From Octopus sinensis (taxonomy: Eukaryota), in assembly GCF_006345805.1 (NCBI RefSeq), contig NC_043000.1, positions 44,144,001 through 44,208,000 on the forward strand: 64,000 nt of DNA, given 5' to 3'. A program made the translations under genes and the position numbers. Shown in pieces: positions 28,141-41,338 of the stretch; within the stretch, counting starts at the first letter, position 1, and each line of letters begins with the position of its first letter. The notes beneath the pieces were generated by a model, which was not told the DNA's origin, did not search any database, and saw only the letters and a list, made by a program, of their open reading frames with translations.

Positions 28141-28727
28141 TATAGGGTTGCAAAAAAAAATTTTGTAGAATTTTTTGCCACCAGCGGCCTAGTGGGAAAA
28201 AATTAAATAGTCATAGACCATTTTTAAGTTCAACATCAACAATCAAGGAACGGCCATAATAGGCCATTCGTAATGGAATCGACGGCTTATATTTATTTGC
28301 TGCCGATAATTTGGCGCGAGTGCGATGATTTGAAAATTTTAGATCAGATATTACCTTGGCAGGGTCGGAAATGCCTCGTGTAAATATCTGTTCCGACTTG
28401 GGCTATTTCTTACTGAAGAATCTGAGGGCCTATGGAAGATTGGCTTGATTTAATTTAATCAGGTTAGTTTGCCATTAAACAGCAGATGAAACGGTGCATC
28501 GTATAAGAAATTACAGGGTAAATGTTTTTTAAATTTTCTCCTGTTTACGGAATTGATTTTTATTTGCGGTTGAAGCTTTGGCTGTTATTTCTAGTGGGTG
28601 AATGGCCTATTATGGCCGTTCCTTGATTGTTGATGTTGAACTTAAAAATGGTCTATGACTATTTAATTTTTCCCACTAGGCCGCTGGTGGCAAAAAAATT
28701 CTACAAAATTTTTTTTGCCACCCTATA
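28141..28727. mobile_element. MITE with about 130-bp TIRs, TA-flanked (Tc1/mariner-type)
   Basis: TATAGGGT(T/G)GCAAAAAAAA...AGGCCATTC at 28141-28269 is inverted at 28600-28727; no ORF. Confidence 0.85.
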
Positions 28728-28757
28728 TTGATTAATTATGAATTTTCTGGTTAATTC

Positions 28758-29120
28758 CGTAATGGAATCGACGGCTTATATTTATTTGCTGCCGATAAAT
28801 TTGGCGCGAGTGCGATGATTTGAAAATTTTAGATCAGATATTACCTTGGCAGGGTCGGAAATGCCTCGTGTAAATATCTGTTCCGACTTGGGCTATTTCT
28901 TACTGAAGAATCTGAGGGCCTATGGAAGATTGGCTTGATTTAATTTAATCAGGTTAGTTTGCCATTAAACAGCAGATGAAACGGTGCATCGTATAAGAAA
29001 TTACAGGGTAAATGTTTTTTAAATTTTCTCCTGTTTACGGAATTGATTTTTATTTGCGGTTGAAGCTTTGGCTGTTATTTCTAGTGGGTGAATGGCCTAT
29101 TATGGCCGTTCCTTGATTGT

Positions 29121-29124
<4 letters not shown>
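28758..29124 (+). repeat. Near-identical duplicate of 28269-28634
   Basis: About 366 bp direct repeat of the MITE interior plus the start of the right TIR, ending in (TA)n. Confidence 0.9.
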
Positions 29125-29188
<64 letters not shown>

Positions 29189-29890
29189 CCCTACGTGGAT
29201 ACCCCCTCACCACTATCCACACCGCCCTTGCCAGAGCACGGTCCGTGGACCGTGTATCTGCTCTCTCTCCCCGAACCCGCCCCCTGTAGTCTCCCGCCTC
29301 CCTTTTCCCCTCACTTACCACCCCACGACCCTACGTCTCCAACGCACCATTCTTCGAGCTTTCCGTCATCTCCAGTCCGACCCGTCCACTTCACACCTCT
29401 TCCCTAACCGACCCCTCCCCTCTTTCAAACGAGCCCACAACCTTCGAGACCTTTTGGTCCATAGCTCCTTCCCTGACCCTACCTCCCAACCCGGCTCGCT
29501 CCCCTGCTACCGCCCACGTTGCCGCACTTGCCCTTACCTCTCCAACACCACCGCCTCACTAGCACCCACCATCGACCCTATCCCATCATCCACTCCTTCA
29601 CCTGCACCTCCACCAATATTATCTATTGCATCTCTTGCTCTCTCTGCAATTCCTTGTACATCGGACAAACGGGACGCCGCTTGGCTGACCGGTTCGCGGA
29701 ACACCTTCGTGACATCCACCTTGCGAACGACACACCGGTCTCACGCCATTTCCGCTCCACCGGTCACTCCTTGCAACACCTATCTGTGTTCGGTTGTCCT
29801 TACACAGAGGCCATCCGGATTCCCGTTTGCGCCGTGAACAGGAATTAATCTTCTCTCTTCGCTCTTATACGCCATTTGGTCTCAACTCTC
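29189..29890 (+). pseudogene. PLE RT-thumb/linker and GIY-YIG endonuclease (frameshifted)
   Basis: Canonical IIY...YIGQT...RF.EH motifs, with a CxxxxCxxC zinc-type linker upstream. Confidence 0.9.
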
Positions 29891-30684
29891 ACCCCCCCTC
29901 CTCATCTAACCCCCCTCCCCCCTCCTCACCTATCCTTTCTCCCCCCGACCCCTACTTCTTCAGTCCTTCATCCTTTCACCCCTACTCCCCTTCCTTTTCC
30001 CTCTTTCTCCCTCCCTCTTCCCCTTCCCTCTGCTCTCTCTCCCCTTCCTTCTCCCCCATCATCTCCTCTTCCCCCTTCTCCTCCCCCCTTCTTCCCCTCC
30101 TTCTCTCCCCCCATGTTCTCCCCTCCCCCTCTCTCCTCACTACACCACATGACTTTACACATCACATCACATATGATGTGCCATACTAATACACACCCAA
30201 CTAATACATACTAATACGTACTAATACATACTAGTACATACTAATACTTACACCAAACCTATACATATACACGTCCAGACCCCGCATACGCACTTATACT
30301 CTCTCACACACACACACACCTATACATACCAATACGTACTAATACATACTAATACATACTAATACATACACCAACCCCATACATACGCACGTCCAGACCA
30401 ATCCTACACACTAATACTCTCTCATACACACACACACACACACACACCCTTATACATACTAATACATACACCAACCCTATACATACACACATCCAGACCC
30501 CTCCCACGCACTTTTAGCTGGTCCCTCAACCCTTTTATCAACCCTATTATCTCCCCTTATTTCGCTCTCGCGTCTCATGTTTGATCTTTGACCTCTGGCC
30601 GAAATCAGATCGCCATGTTGATTCGTTAGCTACTGCACGCATTTTTTTTCTCTCCTTCTTTCTGTGTTTTTCTCTCTCTGTGTA

Positions 30685-30722
30685 TCTTTCTGTTGAAGAG
30701 CGTAGGCTCGAAACGTTAAGAC
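30685..30722 (+). ncRNA. Minimal hammerhead-like motif with variant core
   Basis: tcttt-CTGTTGA-a-gagc-gtag-gctc-GAAAC-GTT-aaga. Confidence 0.6.
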
Positions 30723-30818
30723 TTGTTTTATTTATATTTCCTGAGCGCCATACTAATACAATTGTTCGTTTGTTTTCCACCTGCCTTCGTCTTTTGTTTA
30801 TTTTCATAAAGCTTCCCG

Positions 30819-30897
<79 letters not shown>

Positions 30898-30944
30898 GTA
30901 AGATAAAAATTTTTTTGAAAGATTACCTTTAGCGGTTAAAGTTA

Positions 30945-31379
30945 TAAACAACTTATAAATAAGGGCAAACGAAAAAAAATTCTAATGCCAAATATGCCGA
31001 AATTGGACATATTGTCCATAACCAGATATTGTTTTCACAATACGCACGCTACTCGAAAAAAAAAGCCGACAGAAATTTCTAAAAAATTCCATTATTACCA
31101 TATCGAACCGATTTCAGGGTTAGTTCGTAACAACCCTCTCTTCGTCAATGATAAATATGGCAAAGAAATAAATGAAATACTTACTCATAACCATGGAAGA
31201 AGCAAAACACTAAGTCATGAGCACAATTAAGTACTTAGAAATGTTTTTGAAATTTCTGTCGGCTTTTTTTTTCGAGTAGCGTGCGTATTGTGAAAAATTA
31301 TATGGTTATGGACAATATGTCCAAGTTTCGGCATATTTGGCATTAGAATTGTTTTTCGTTTGCTCTTATTTATAAGTTG

Positions 31380-31384
<5 letters not shown>
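30945..31384. mobile_element. MITE/foldback with about 145-bp TIRs
   Basis: caacttataaataagggcaaacg...gccgacagaaatttc is inverted at 31245-31384; TA-rich flanks. Confidence 0.8.
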
Positions 31385-31412
<28 letters not shown>

Positions 31413-32231
31413 TACGGAAATGTACTTGCGTAGCAAGTGACCTGATCTGCGATCGTGTGCTGAAACGAAAACGATTGCAGCCTGGAAGGTGCTTATAATC
31501 CCACGCTTATTTATGTGGATTGAAAGGCTGTATTCATTCATTCCACAGGGAATTTTGTTAGTGAATTCGTCGCAGTCTGAAAGGGAAGAAAATATTTTGG
31601 GAAATTAAATTTAAATGGTGAAGCGAATCTAATGCTTTTTGTGGCATATAAACACATTCCATATATATATATATATATGTATGTATGTATGTATGTTTGT
31701 ATGTAAGTATATGTATATTTGTATGTGTATGGATCAAAACTGATTGAAATTCATTGCTATTCTTGAGTTTCAAGTGTGATGCCATTTTGAACTTAAATGA
31801 GAGAAGTTGAATGTTATTTTGTTATTGCGGTAAGGTAGACTAAGATCAGTCGGGGAAGGTCATGCGGTGTCGTGGGTTGAAGTTGGTAAATGGGTAACAA
31901 CTAGTTGGAAAACACCGCATGTTGAAATGGAAATTGACTACGTAGAGGACAGGAAATATACCACGTGGTGATTAGGAAATCGGTCAGGTTGTTGCAGGGG
32001 AGTAGGAAGTGGGTGACATATGCAAGTATATAGTTCTATATGTGGGTGTTAAAATACGCTCATGCTATTGTGTGCATGTGTGTATTGATGCGAGCGTGTA
32101 CTTCTGTACGCTTGAATGTCAAGAGTACCAACGAATTTGAATGAAACTGATTTGATCCATACATGTAATTCTAAATAAATTTGTTGAGCGACCTTCTTTC
32201 GTTTGTCCACTGATATATATATATATATATA

Positions 32232-32443
32232 TCACGTGATCACGTGACCAATCAGACCATCAGACGTTGTTACACATCGCTGGTCACAATGCGTTCGCAT
32301 TCTATTAGCCTTCGAATGACGCCGTCTCGTGGAGCTTTTAGCTGTTTTCGCTCAATAAACACTCACAACGCCCGGTCTGGGAATCGAAACCGCGATCCTA
32401 CGACTGCGAGTCCGATGCCCTAACCACTGAGCCATTGCGCCCC
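32232..32443 (-). mobile_element. tRNA-derived SINE, family C
   Basis: Minus-strand head GGCGCAATGGCTCAGTGGTTAGGGCATCGG...GGTTTCGATTCCCAG, followed by a non-tRNA body ending TCACGTGATCACGTGA. Confidence 0.8.
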
Positions 32444-32901
32444 CACACATATATACATATATATGTGTGTGTGGAGGGGGGTAGCGGTGCGCGCGCGTAT
32501 CTCTACAGTGTACAGCACATGCATTTACACACTATTCATTCAATTATAAATACAAGTTTTAATTTTGTCTAATGAAGGTTTACAGCATCATTGTTATAGT
32601 TATTTACATTTTACGTACATTTATATCTTTGAAAGGTTATGACCATAGTGCTTAATTCTTTAAATAAGCCATGTTTACATCACAATTCTATATACCAAAC
32701 AATTTCAATACCGCAACTTGTTCAAATTTTATTTGAGTCAACACATTCAATTCGGGTTAAGCAATGAAACATAAATGTTAGGAAAGACTTACACAATATT
32801 TACTAATACTTTTGGGAATCAGAATGTTTCAATTTATATTTGAATAATTGGTAAATCATCACGTTCCAAGGAGACCAAAAGTTTATGCCGCACCGAGTAT
32901 A

Positions 32902-32954
<53 letters not shown>

Positions 32955-32982
32955 GCACACACACACACATATATATATATAT

Positions 32983-33190
32983 ATGTTGATTCGTTAGCTA
33001 CTGCACGCATTTTTTTTCTCTCCTTCTTTCTGTGTTTTTTTCTCTCTGTGTATCTTTCTGTTGAAGAGCGTAGGCTCGAAACGTTAAAGACGTGTTTTAT
33101 TTATATTTCCTGAGCGCCATACTAATACAATTGTTCGTTTGTTTTCCACGTGCCTTCGTCTTTTGTCTATTTTCATAAAGCTTCCCGTTA
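32983..33190 (+). mobile_element. Solo PLE 3' terminal repeat with variant HHR (33053-33090)
   Basis: Near-identical to 30615-30820; embedded in (TA)n on both sides. Confidence 0.85.
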
Positions 33191-33239
33191 TATATATATA
33201 TATATATACATACGTATGTGGAAAACGATGAGCAAATAA

Positions 33240-33275
<36 letters not shown>

Positions 33276-33291
33276 GTACACATATTTATAT

Positions 33292-33367
<76 letters not shown>

Positions 33368-34479
33368 TGTGTGTGTGTGTGTTGATGTATGTTTTACGTC
33401 CATAGAGAGCTTACAGACATACACACATATGCATATATACTATCACATTTATATTTATATACAGATGGTAATACACTTTACACAATACATATATTAAAGC
33501 ATGAAAACATCACACATACACAAAAACGTAGAAATCATATTACCCGCTCTTTACGTTTGGGAAGTGAAGCGTGTCAATTTTAGATTCTTGCAATTAATAG
33601 CCCTCAATATGTAGCCGTTTTTTATTGATTATTTATGATTTGGTTGACTCATACATGAGAGCAGGTGATTGCATTGAATTTCATCTTGATATATTCAAAT
33701 CTGGTTGATCTTGTTATTTTGCATTTTGCTCATTCTCTTCTATGGATTCTTGTCGAGTAAGCACGGTACCATTTACTACATTAAATCACGGGCATATTCG
33801 TTCAGAATTATTATATATGTCCTTCAAATGTTCAATGTATTACATGTACGAATAGTATTACGAATAAGGCGAGCAATTGTTCATTTGTATATTGACATCG
33901 GGATGTAATCTCGCCGAGATCTAGTATGAAAGTGGTCTAAGCAGCTGGTTTCATGGGCAACAACACTGTTGATTACCAGCTAAAACTACTCAATATTCGA
34001 ACAACGAATTGCTTGCTTGCTAATGAAGTGTGCACAAGTTCTTCGTTGAAGTGGCGGTAGAAATATTTTGGTTGTTTGATAAATATCTCCTTCTTTCTAC
34101 AGGTCTCGAAGGACGTCATGTTTGAGCATCCATCCCACGCTTCACTTGTTGCAGGCTCGTCGCCCGTTTTCACAACTTTGAATGTAGGCTGCAATATATT
34201 TCTGTGAGATGCACCTATATTTAATACTACAACGCATCCCTTCTTACTGCTTGCGAAGGACGATAATATATGTACGTTTTTATTGCTTCTAACAATACTG
34301 CTGTTTTTTTGCCTTCTTATTCGCGTTATTCACCAATCTCGAAATTGTTTTAGCTCTGCGAAGACTAGTCAACTTTTAGGCGACGTACTCGTCTCGTCGT
34401 AACATGAAATCTTTCTTGTATATGTATTCACATTATTCATCTAATCATAAATACAGGTTTTAGGTTTTGGCTAATGTAG

Positions 34480-34720
34480 GTTTAGCACTACGGCTGAGAT
34501 GGTTTCCCCGTAGGCCATTTGGAGTAGCATCATTCAAGAGAGTGCATAACGCGGAGATCTGTGAGACACTCCAAGTAGAACCGCTACTTCTTCAAATTGA
34601 GAAATCATAGCTCCCGTATTACGGCCATATGATAATAATGTTTCATCAATGAATCGTAGGATAGAGTTTACTTAAAAAACAAAAAAACAGCCTGCTGGAG
34701 ACACGAGGGCAGACCGGGAA
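34480..34720 (+). mobile_element. RTE LINE 3' fragment
   Basis: RVHNAEICETLQVEPLLLQIEKS*LPYYGH resembles the RTE 'RVRNSDIR..L.VEPLLLRIERSQLRWFGH' pattern. Confidence 0.6.
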
Positions 34721-35689
34721 TAAGTTAATCAAATAACATCCATGAGCTCATTTGGAGTCTCTTCTGGATCCACCGTTATTTTTTTTATCACAACGTGGAT
34801 GTTTGGTGGTGTCTTTGTCCATGTCCTCTTGGGTACAGGATATGTTTCCATGCATCGCCTCTGTTTATGTAAGCCAGTCCAGATTCCTATGACTCGCATG
34901 AGACAGTTGTATTCTCAGAGTACCTGCTAAGTAGTTCCCCTCCGACTTTCAAAGTTGTCGTTGCTCTAGCCACACTGTGTACATGGAATTTACTCATCTC
35001 TTTCTTTACCCTTTGACAAGTGCTCTCTGTGTGACACAATGCGAAATCAAACAGCTGTTTGGAACGATTTTATGCTTCTATCGACATTACGTCTTCTGAT
35101 ATAAATGCTATCCATGATGATGTTAATGTTGAGTTTGCCAGTGGTGGTCAGTAACTTTTTAGTTTTGATGTCCATGATGCGGACCTTGTCAAGTGTTCAC
35201 TCCCAATATCTCAACTGTCGTCAATGTAGCGTTGCAGTTGTAAAAAGAATTGTGAGATATGTTTCATGCTTAAATATTGCTTAATGCAGTTAATTCTGAA
35301 TTCCATATTTTCCGATGTCCCCTTAAGTACTGTTAAGCTATTCTGACTTTAGTCAGAGAAACAACGTAGGAAACACTCTCATCGATATCCAGATACTTAC
35401 AATTTTCATCATTACAGATAGGAGAGATAGACGAGCCTTTCCTATACACGTTCTCTGGCTGCTATACAATAGTTCCTCTGTGGACTATTATGTATGAGCC
35501 TCTCTCCTGCCCAAACTATATTCCATGTTTTGCCAGAATGTTGTGACTAATTGCAATTGTCACTTGATGTTTGTATATATGTATATATATTTTTGGTTTG
35601 TTTTCATTATTTACATTTTTTCCTCAGAGAAAGGAGCTGGTTTCTTTCAAAGATGCAGAGCGCTGTAGTTAGAATCTAAATAACGGAAA

Positions 35690-36055
35690 CAACTTGAGGA
35701 GATGTCTTGCAAATGTGCAGTGTTCCACTTAATGATTGTATTGGTAATTTACGAGTAAGTTGGTAACATTTTTATCACTCTTGCTTATCAGGAATTCAGT
35801 AGTTAGAGGAATCGAAGCAGTCCTCCATAGTTATCTTATTTCACTTTGATTTTCAAAGAAGTATACACATTAGCAGGACAGCCCACCTTAATGACGGTAC
35901 GTAATGTTTCTTGTCTACCCCAAACAGCAATATCCAGCCTGTTGTGAATACACTTTTTGTTGATAAGGATGTTCCAATAATATTCTTTATGTTGATGATT
36001 GTATAAGACAGTCTTTTCACCAGAGCATATTGTGTATTGTTTTCGCGACAACGTA
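35690..36055 (-). mobile_element. Non-LTR retrotransposon restriction-like endonuclease (RLE) fossil
   Basis: EYYWNILINKKCIHNRLDIAVWGRQETLRTVIKVGCPANVYTSLKIKVK*DNYG...IQSLSGTLHICK matches the RLE 'LWD...NRPDIVV...IDVSCP...EK..KY' pattern. Confidence 0.65.
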
Positions 36056-37489
36056 GTAGAATTTCATTTTGAATAATTAACGCAAATATTGAAAAGAAGT
36101 AATGTTAGCTTTTACCGGGAAAATGTTTTGCAATTTTCTGGATGTTACAAGTTTTGTAACAACTATAATTTAAACTTTATGAAGTTAAATGCATTGGATA
36201 CCTGAAGCATGTCTCAGTCAAATAATGAAATGTAAGTATTGCAATTGTTTTAACATATATCGAGATGATGATAAGAACTAAACATGTAATCATGTGTTTT
36301 ATGTTTTTATATTTTCACCAATGATTGGGCTGCAACAAATACAGTAACATTGTTTAGCTGAATCAATGTATGTTAGATCTCACAACCAATAAATCAAACA
36401 TGAAAGACTATACCACCAAAAACTTCGTTACATTTGCTAAGTAAAGATAGAAATAACCATAGTAAATAAATGGAGAAGGAAACTAATAATATAAAAAAGA
36501 AAGAATGTAATGTAGACAGTAGCAGAGTTTGGCATGAAATTTGAGTAAAATGTAAACTTTCATTGCAACAGCTTCTATGCTACACGATTTTCATCAACAT
36601 AACAAGCATTGTCACTTTAGGGAGATGTTGGAAGTAAGTCTGTAACATAAAACGCCGAAGCAAGTTGTTTGCTTTTATAACCATAGCATTTAGCATCAAC
36701 ACCTGAACACATTAAAAAGAAACCTAAAATGCTCTTGCCTCAGACAGTTCAGTATTGCTTTCAGGTATTCCATTAATAATGCATTTTTACATGTATGCTT
36801 CACTGTGATGTTCATATCAGTTCTGAATACTACTAGTAAGGTCAAGTATTTCAACAAGAATTGTCTCCGACAAAGCACAACTGTTTCTGATTCTCGCAGC
36901 ATTTTGCTTTTGATAACATTTATATGAAACTTTTATATTGTACTTTCTGAAATTTCCTAAAACAGTGAGCATTTTAAAGCATATTCTGTAGGGAAAATCC
37001 AACTAATATTTAACTTTAAGGGACAGTTGACGTTTTTTGGGTACAAATGGCTGACTATTTTCCTGAATATATGTGATTGTTATGGCTATTCTGTTTACGT
37101 TACATTAGACAGGTATGGTAGAGTTATCATTAATATAAATGTTGTAGAAACTCAATAATCAGCAAATTAAAGGTTGCCGGAGTTAAAAGCAATAAAGATT
37201 ATTGACTAGATCAGCTAATTAAATGCTATATAAATTGAATTTGCATGCGTGCGATTTTGTACTCCTACTAAATTTCGTTTCATTTTTATCCATTTTATTT
37301 CCGCAACGTAAGCCCTGGTTAAATGTGTTACGATTTATTATCCTTAACCGATGGAAGATATTTCTTCGAGTTTTAATGAAGTATCACTGGAATAGAGCAT
37401 GGCAGTAAAACTATTAATATCACAAAAAAATATATATAAACTGATTAGTTTTAATGAATATGCAACTCACTTTCAATAATACTATAGTG

Positions 37490-37519
<30 letters not shown>

Positions 37520-37521
<2 letters not shown>

Positions 37522-37527
37522 CTACTG

Positions 37528-37579
<52 letters not shown>

Positions 37580-37610
37580 AACTGCTACTGCAGCTACTAC
37601 TACTACTGTA
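37520..37610. repeat. (TAC)n microsatellite
   Basis: Seen directly in the sequence. Confidence 0.95.
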
Positions 37611-39443
37611 TTAATGAACATACAAAATATTGTACTTCAACATCAGAAAGGTGTGCTGTTGTTACCTTTCAACCAAAACCAAAATAGGTGGAGGGGATTT
37701 AGTGAAAAAAAATATATGTTAAATAATGCATTTAATATAGATATCATTATCACACATTAGTCCGAAAAGATTATTGAAAAATACGTGTAAAGCAAACCTC
37801 GATATAGATGTGTGCTCGAAATATTTAATGATACGCTTGTGTTCAGGTAGTATATATTCTCATATGTATTAGTTCCTTAATTTTCTTTATTTTGTCTTAA
37901 GATACAACTCTTCTCGTTACACGATTTCGTAGCTGAAAATGTCAGGGAGAATGACATTCATTAATTTTCTTTGCTAAATTGTGACATAAAATTGTTTAGA
38001 GTGGGCGCTTTGTTTTTTAAACATTCAAACCATTATAATTCAAACAAGTGTCTTGTAAAATTATTTCATTTGAAAGGAGCATGCTCATTTGTTTAATTTC
38101 ACAAAGTCATTCGCTTTCAAGTTTCGCTTAACCACAAATGATTTATGTCGTTGAATTACTAACTTTGAAAAGAATATATATCTAGTTGGAGTTTTGCTAA
38201 ATTCACTTACTAAGGAACTACAATAATCTCCTAAGGTCTATGACCATATATAACTTGAAAAGTAAATATTATTTTCTAAGGCATTTCGGAGTGATCAGTC
38301 CCATAAAATTTCACTCAGTATACATACCACATTAACTAATGGATAATGTTGTTCCTAAGGTTTTTTTACGACATATTAAATAAATTTTCAGTTTAATGGA
38401 GTAGAAATATCATCGGTGTATCTCACCATAGCTGTTATGTCATACACACGCAGGCACGCATACACCCAAAAACGCATAAACACAAACTCACACACAAACA
38501 CACACACGCACACGCATTCACTCTCACACACATATATTACATGGTAAAATACAAGCAAATACAAATTATATTCTTAAAATTATAAAGCTGGAAAAGTACA
38601 CGACACGTTATTATATAAGTAAAGAACAAGTACATTTTTACTTAAAATATTGCATCTAAGCATATACTTTCAAATAAAATATTTAGATTTAGAAAATATT
38701 AGCTTTTATTAAAACTTTAAGTTATTACTTCTATTTGTTATTACTTGTTCATGAAAAAACAAAACAATATCTGACTTAAAATATGTTTTGCACTTTAAAA
38801 AAACTTCATCATTTTATTATTAATTAATAATTGGAAATTTGAAAATACGTTATAAAAATAATAGTATTACATAATAACTAAGTACAATAAATAGAATAAT
38901 AAAAGATTAGCGAAATATTAAAGTACAATCTACTTAAAACAACAAATTCAAAGTAACATTTGACTGTGTTATAGAAAAAGTCATTGCCTTCGCATTTTTA
39001 ATGTTGAGCCAATGCCTATTTTTCATAAAATGAATTTGCCTACCATATATACTGTTCTACTTTGCATAAAGCTATAGCTATATTGGTACTTTTGGCTCTC
39101 ATTTTTTAAGTATTTCAACAAAATGATGGTACCTTTTTAAATTATAGTTTTACTTTATAAATGAAAATCATATACTTTTTAATATTCAAATTTTATCCTT
39201 AGCTGCAGTATTTTAGGTAAACAGTCTCTTGTTCTGTACTTTACCGGATGTAATAACTTGTCCTGAACTTTTTCAAGTGTTATAACTTGTCCTGTACACT
39301 TCCAGATTTATAATCTTAGGAATATTGTTTCTCTTGTTCCCATTTTTCCATGTAATCCATTTTTTACCTGGCTATGCTATTATGATAATGAATAATATAT
39401 CAAATGTGTCAATTCGCGATGGCGTTGATAATTCTTTTCTTAC

Positions 39444-39486
39444 CTCAGTGATGCCCGTGACATGTTTTAATAGTCCCCTTATAGAA
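39444..39486 (-). CDS. Candidate small exon (43 nt)
   Basis: ttttataaatatag|...GAG|gtaaga; one frame open (SIRGLLKHVTGITE). Confidence 0.15.
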
Positions 39487-41270
39487 CTATATTTATAAAA
39501 ATGTATAGAACTATATTATCACACCCAAATTTGAGAAACAAACATTCATAACATTTTCCTTTTAAAACTTCATTGCATGCAATTAATACCATGTAATTCC
39601 TCGAGTTGAGCTCTATAATTTAAGCTTAATTAAAATATAGTTTGTTTTTAAGATAAAAAAAGTTAATTGTACTTAAATCCAATTTTTTCTTATATTTCTT
39701 CATGATATTTTACCTCACAAAATGTTTATAACATTTTTTGTTGCACGGGACCAAAACTATGAAATTCTTCATGTCTTCTTCTGACATTGAAGCTAAGATA
39801 AATATATTTTGCTTTTAAAATGAGAAAGTTATTTAGATCTAAATTTAATTGATGGCGTTACTTACTATTCTATAACGTTGCTACAAATTTTGAAGTAAAC
39901 CTTTCTCTACTGGAAAAATCTAAAATTTTTGTGTGTCAATGTTAATGGTGTTCAATTTGGTTAAGTACTGAATTAGCGACGAGCTCCGAAAGATGGTGCT
40001 TGTGAGTAACTTGCGGCCTTAAGAAACTTATGCATGTACTACCGTAGTTGAATGATGTATGTATGAATTTTTGTATGTATGCGTATATGTTTGTATATTT
40101 TTAAGTCACTGAAGCATTCAAAAGCGATATGACATTACACACCAACTTTGCAGTTCGAAGGTGCAGAACATCTTTTCATTCAGACGCATTTCTGAGCAAT
40201 TTCTACTGCTAAATATAGTTATTAACCGTAGAAATATACATATAAAATAATGAAACATTTGTTCATGACTTTAGCAGATTTTTACCCAAACTTATATAAG
40301 TAAGTCCTGTGCGGTAAAAGATCTAAGATATATCGAGTATATAATTTGTACATGACAATAGGAAAACACATCTGATACAGCGACGACCTTCAAAGATAAT
40401 ATTTCAAAAGGAAATGTGATGAGAATTTACAAGTATAAATTTTCAGAAATATTCATGTGAAATTTGTCAAAGACATGACGTTTTGATATAATAATACGAA
40501 AGTAGATTCTTTGGGAAAATAAGCAATCGTCTACAGACAGAGCTGGATACGAGCATTTAACTATATTACCGCTATAGTCATACCGCAACGGAGTTGACAA
40601 TAAAAATATTGATAACTCAGAAATACTGTTCTACTGTGATAAATTAACCCACCGAGACAATGTATTGTTTATGACTAATAATATAATTTTCTTATTCGCA
40701 TATATTATGGAATGGGAGCAAATTTTAATAATTCTCCGTTGCAATCGTAAATAGTTTTGGATGTGAAATATATTATATCGTGCATTGTAACAAGGTTGGT
40801 TTATGTGAAGAAAAATGTACAAAATCACCTCCGACACATCACCTTAATATTTCGCAATTTTTTCGTACAATAATGGTCGAAATGGATCAATTTGACCCGA
40901 GGTCATTTTCCGTTTAAATTTTAATGTGAATCAAATGACATTTGTTCTTCTCTTCATCTTTAAAAATGTTTGTTTTGAACACAGAAAGGAAAACAAATAT
41001 TATTCACCACAATGAACTAAAACACACTTTATTCCACACAATCTTTGCAGGTTGGAGGTGTCCGGATTTATTTGCGCATTGGTTTGACAAATTTACTGCA
41101 AGACATATTTCTATTTCGAACTTTTCTATCGCTGAATGGGCACCGAATTCTTCGTCCATCTCTTGGAACACCTCAATCAGGATGTACAAACACGAATGGA
41201 ACATCCATTACCAATCTGGAAGCACGGGCTTCAATAGGCATCGCAACTCCTATATTTTAGTTCTATTCTC

Positions 41271-41338
41271 CAAGCGTATTTCTATTTTGCAAGCGTATTT
41301 CTATTTTACAAGCGTATTTCTATTTTGCAAGGGTATTT
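41271..41338. repeat. 19-bp tandem repeat (about 3.6 copies) inside the piggyBac fossil
   Basis: Unit gcaagcgtatttctatttt. Confidence 0.85.

Larger units (their letters stand above)
29189..30820 (+). mobile_element. Penelope-like element, 5'-truncated (thumb-linker-GIY-YIG, long 3' UTR, HHR end)
   Basis: LRGYP...PLTYHPT...FKRAHNLRDLLVHS...PCYRPRCRTCPY...HSFTCTSTNIIYCISCSLCNSLYIGQTGRRLADRFAEH...RLRREQELIFSLRSYTPFGLN, then a pyrimidine tract, a minisatellite and a terminal repeat. Flanked by (TA)n on both sides. Confidence 0.92.

Noticed and set aside
33700-34420. Strong acceptor at about 34100 and piggyBac-like hints on the minus strand
   Set aside because: The two readings conflict and neither has a diagnostic motif.
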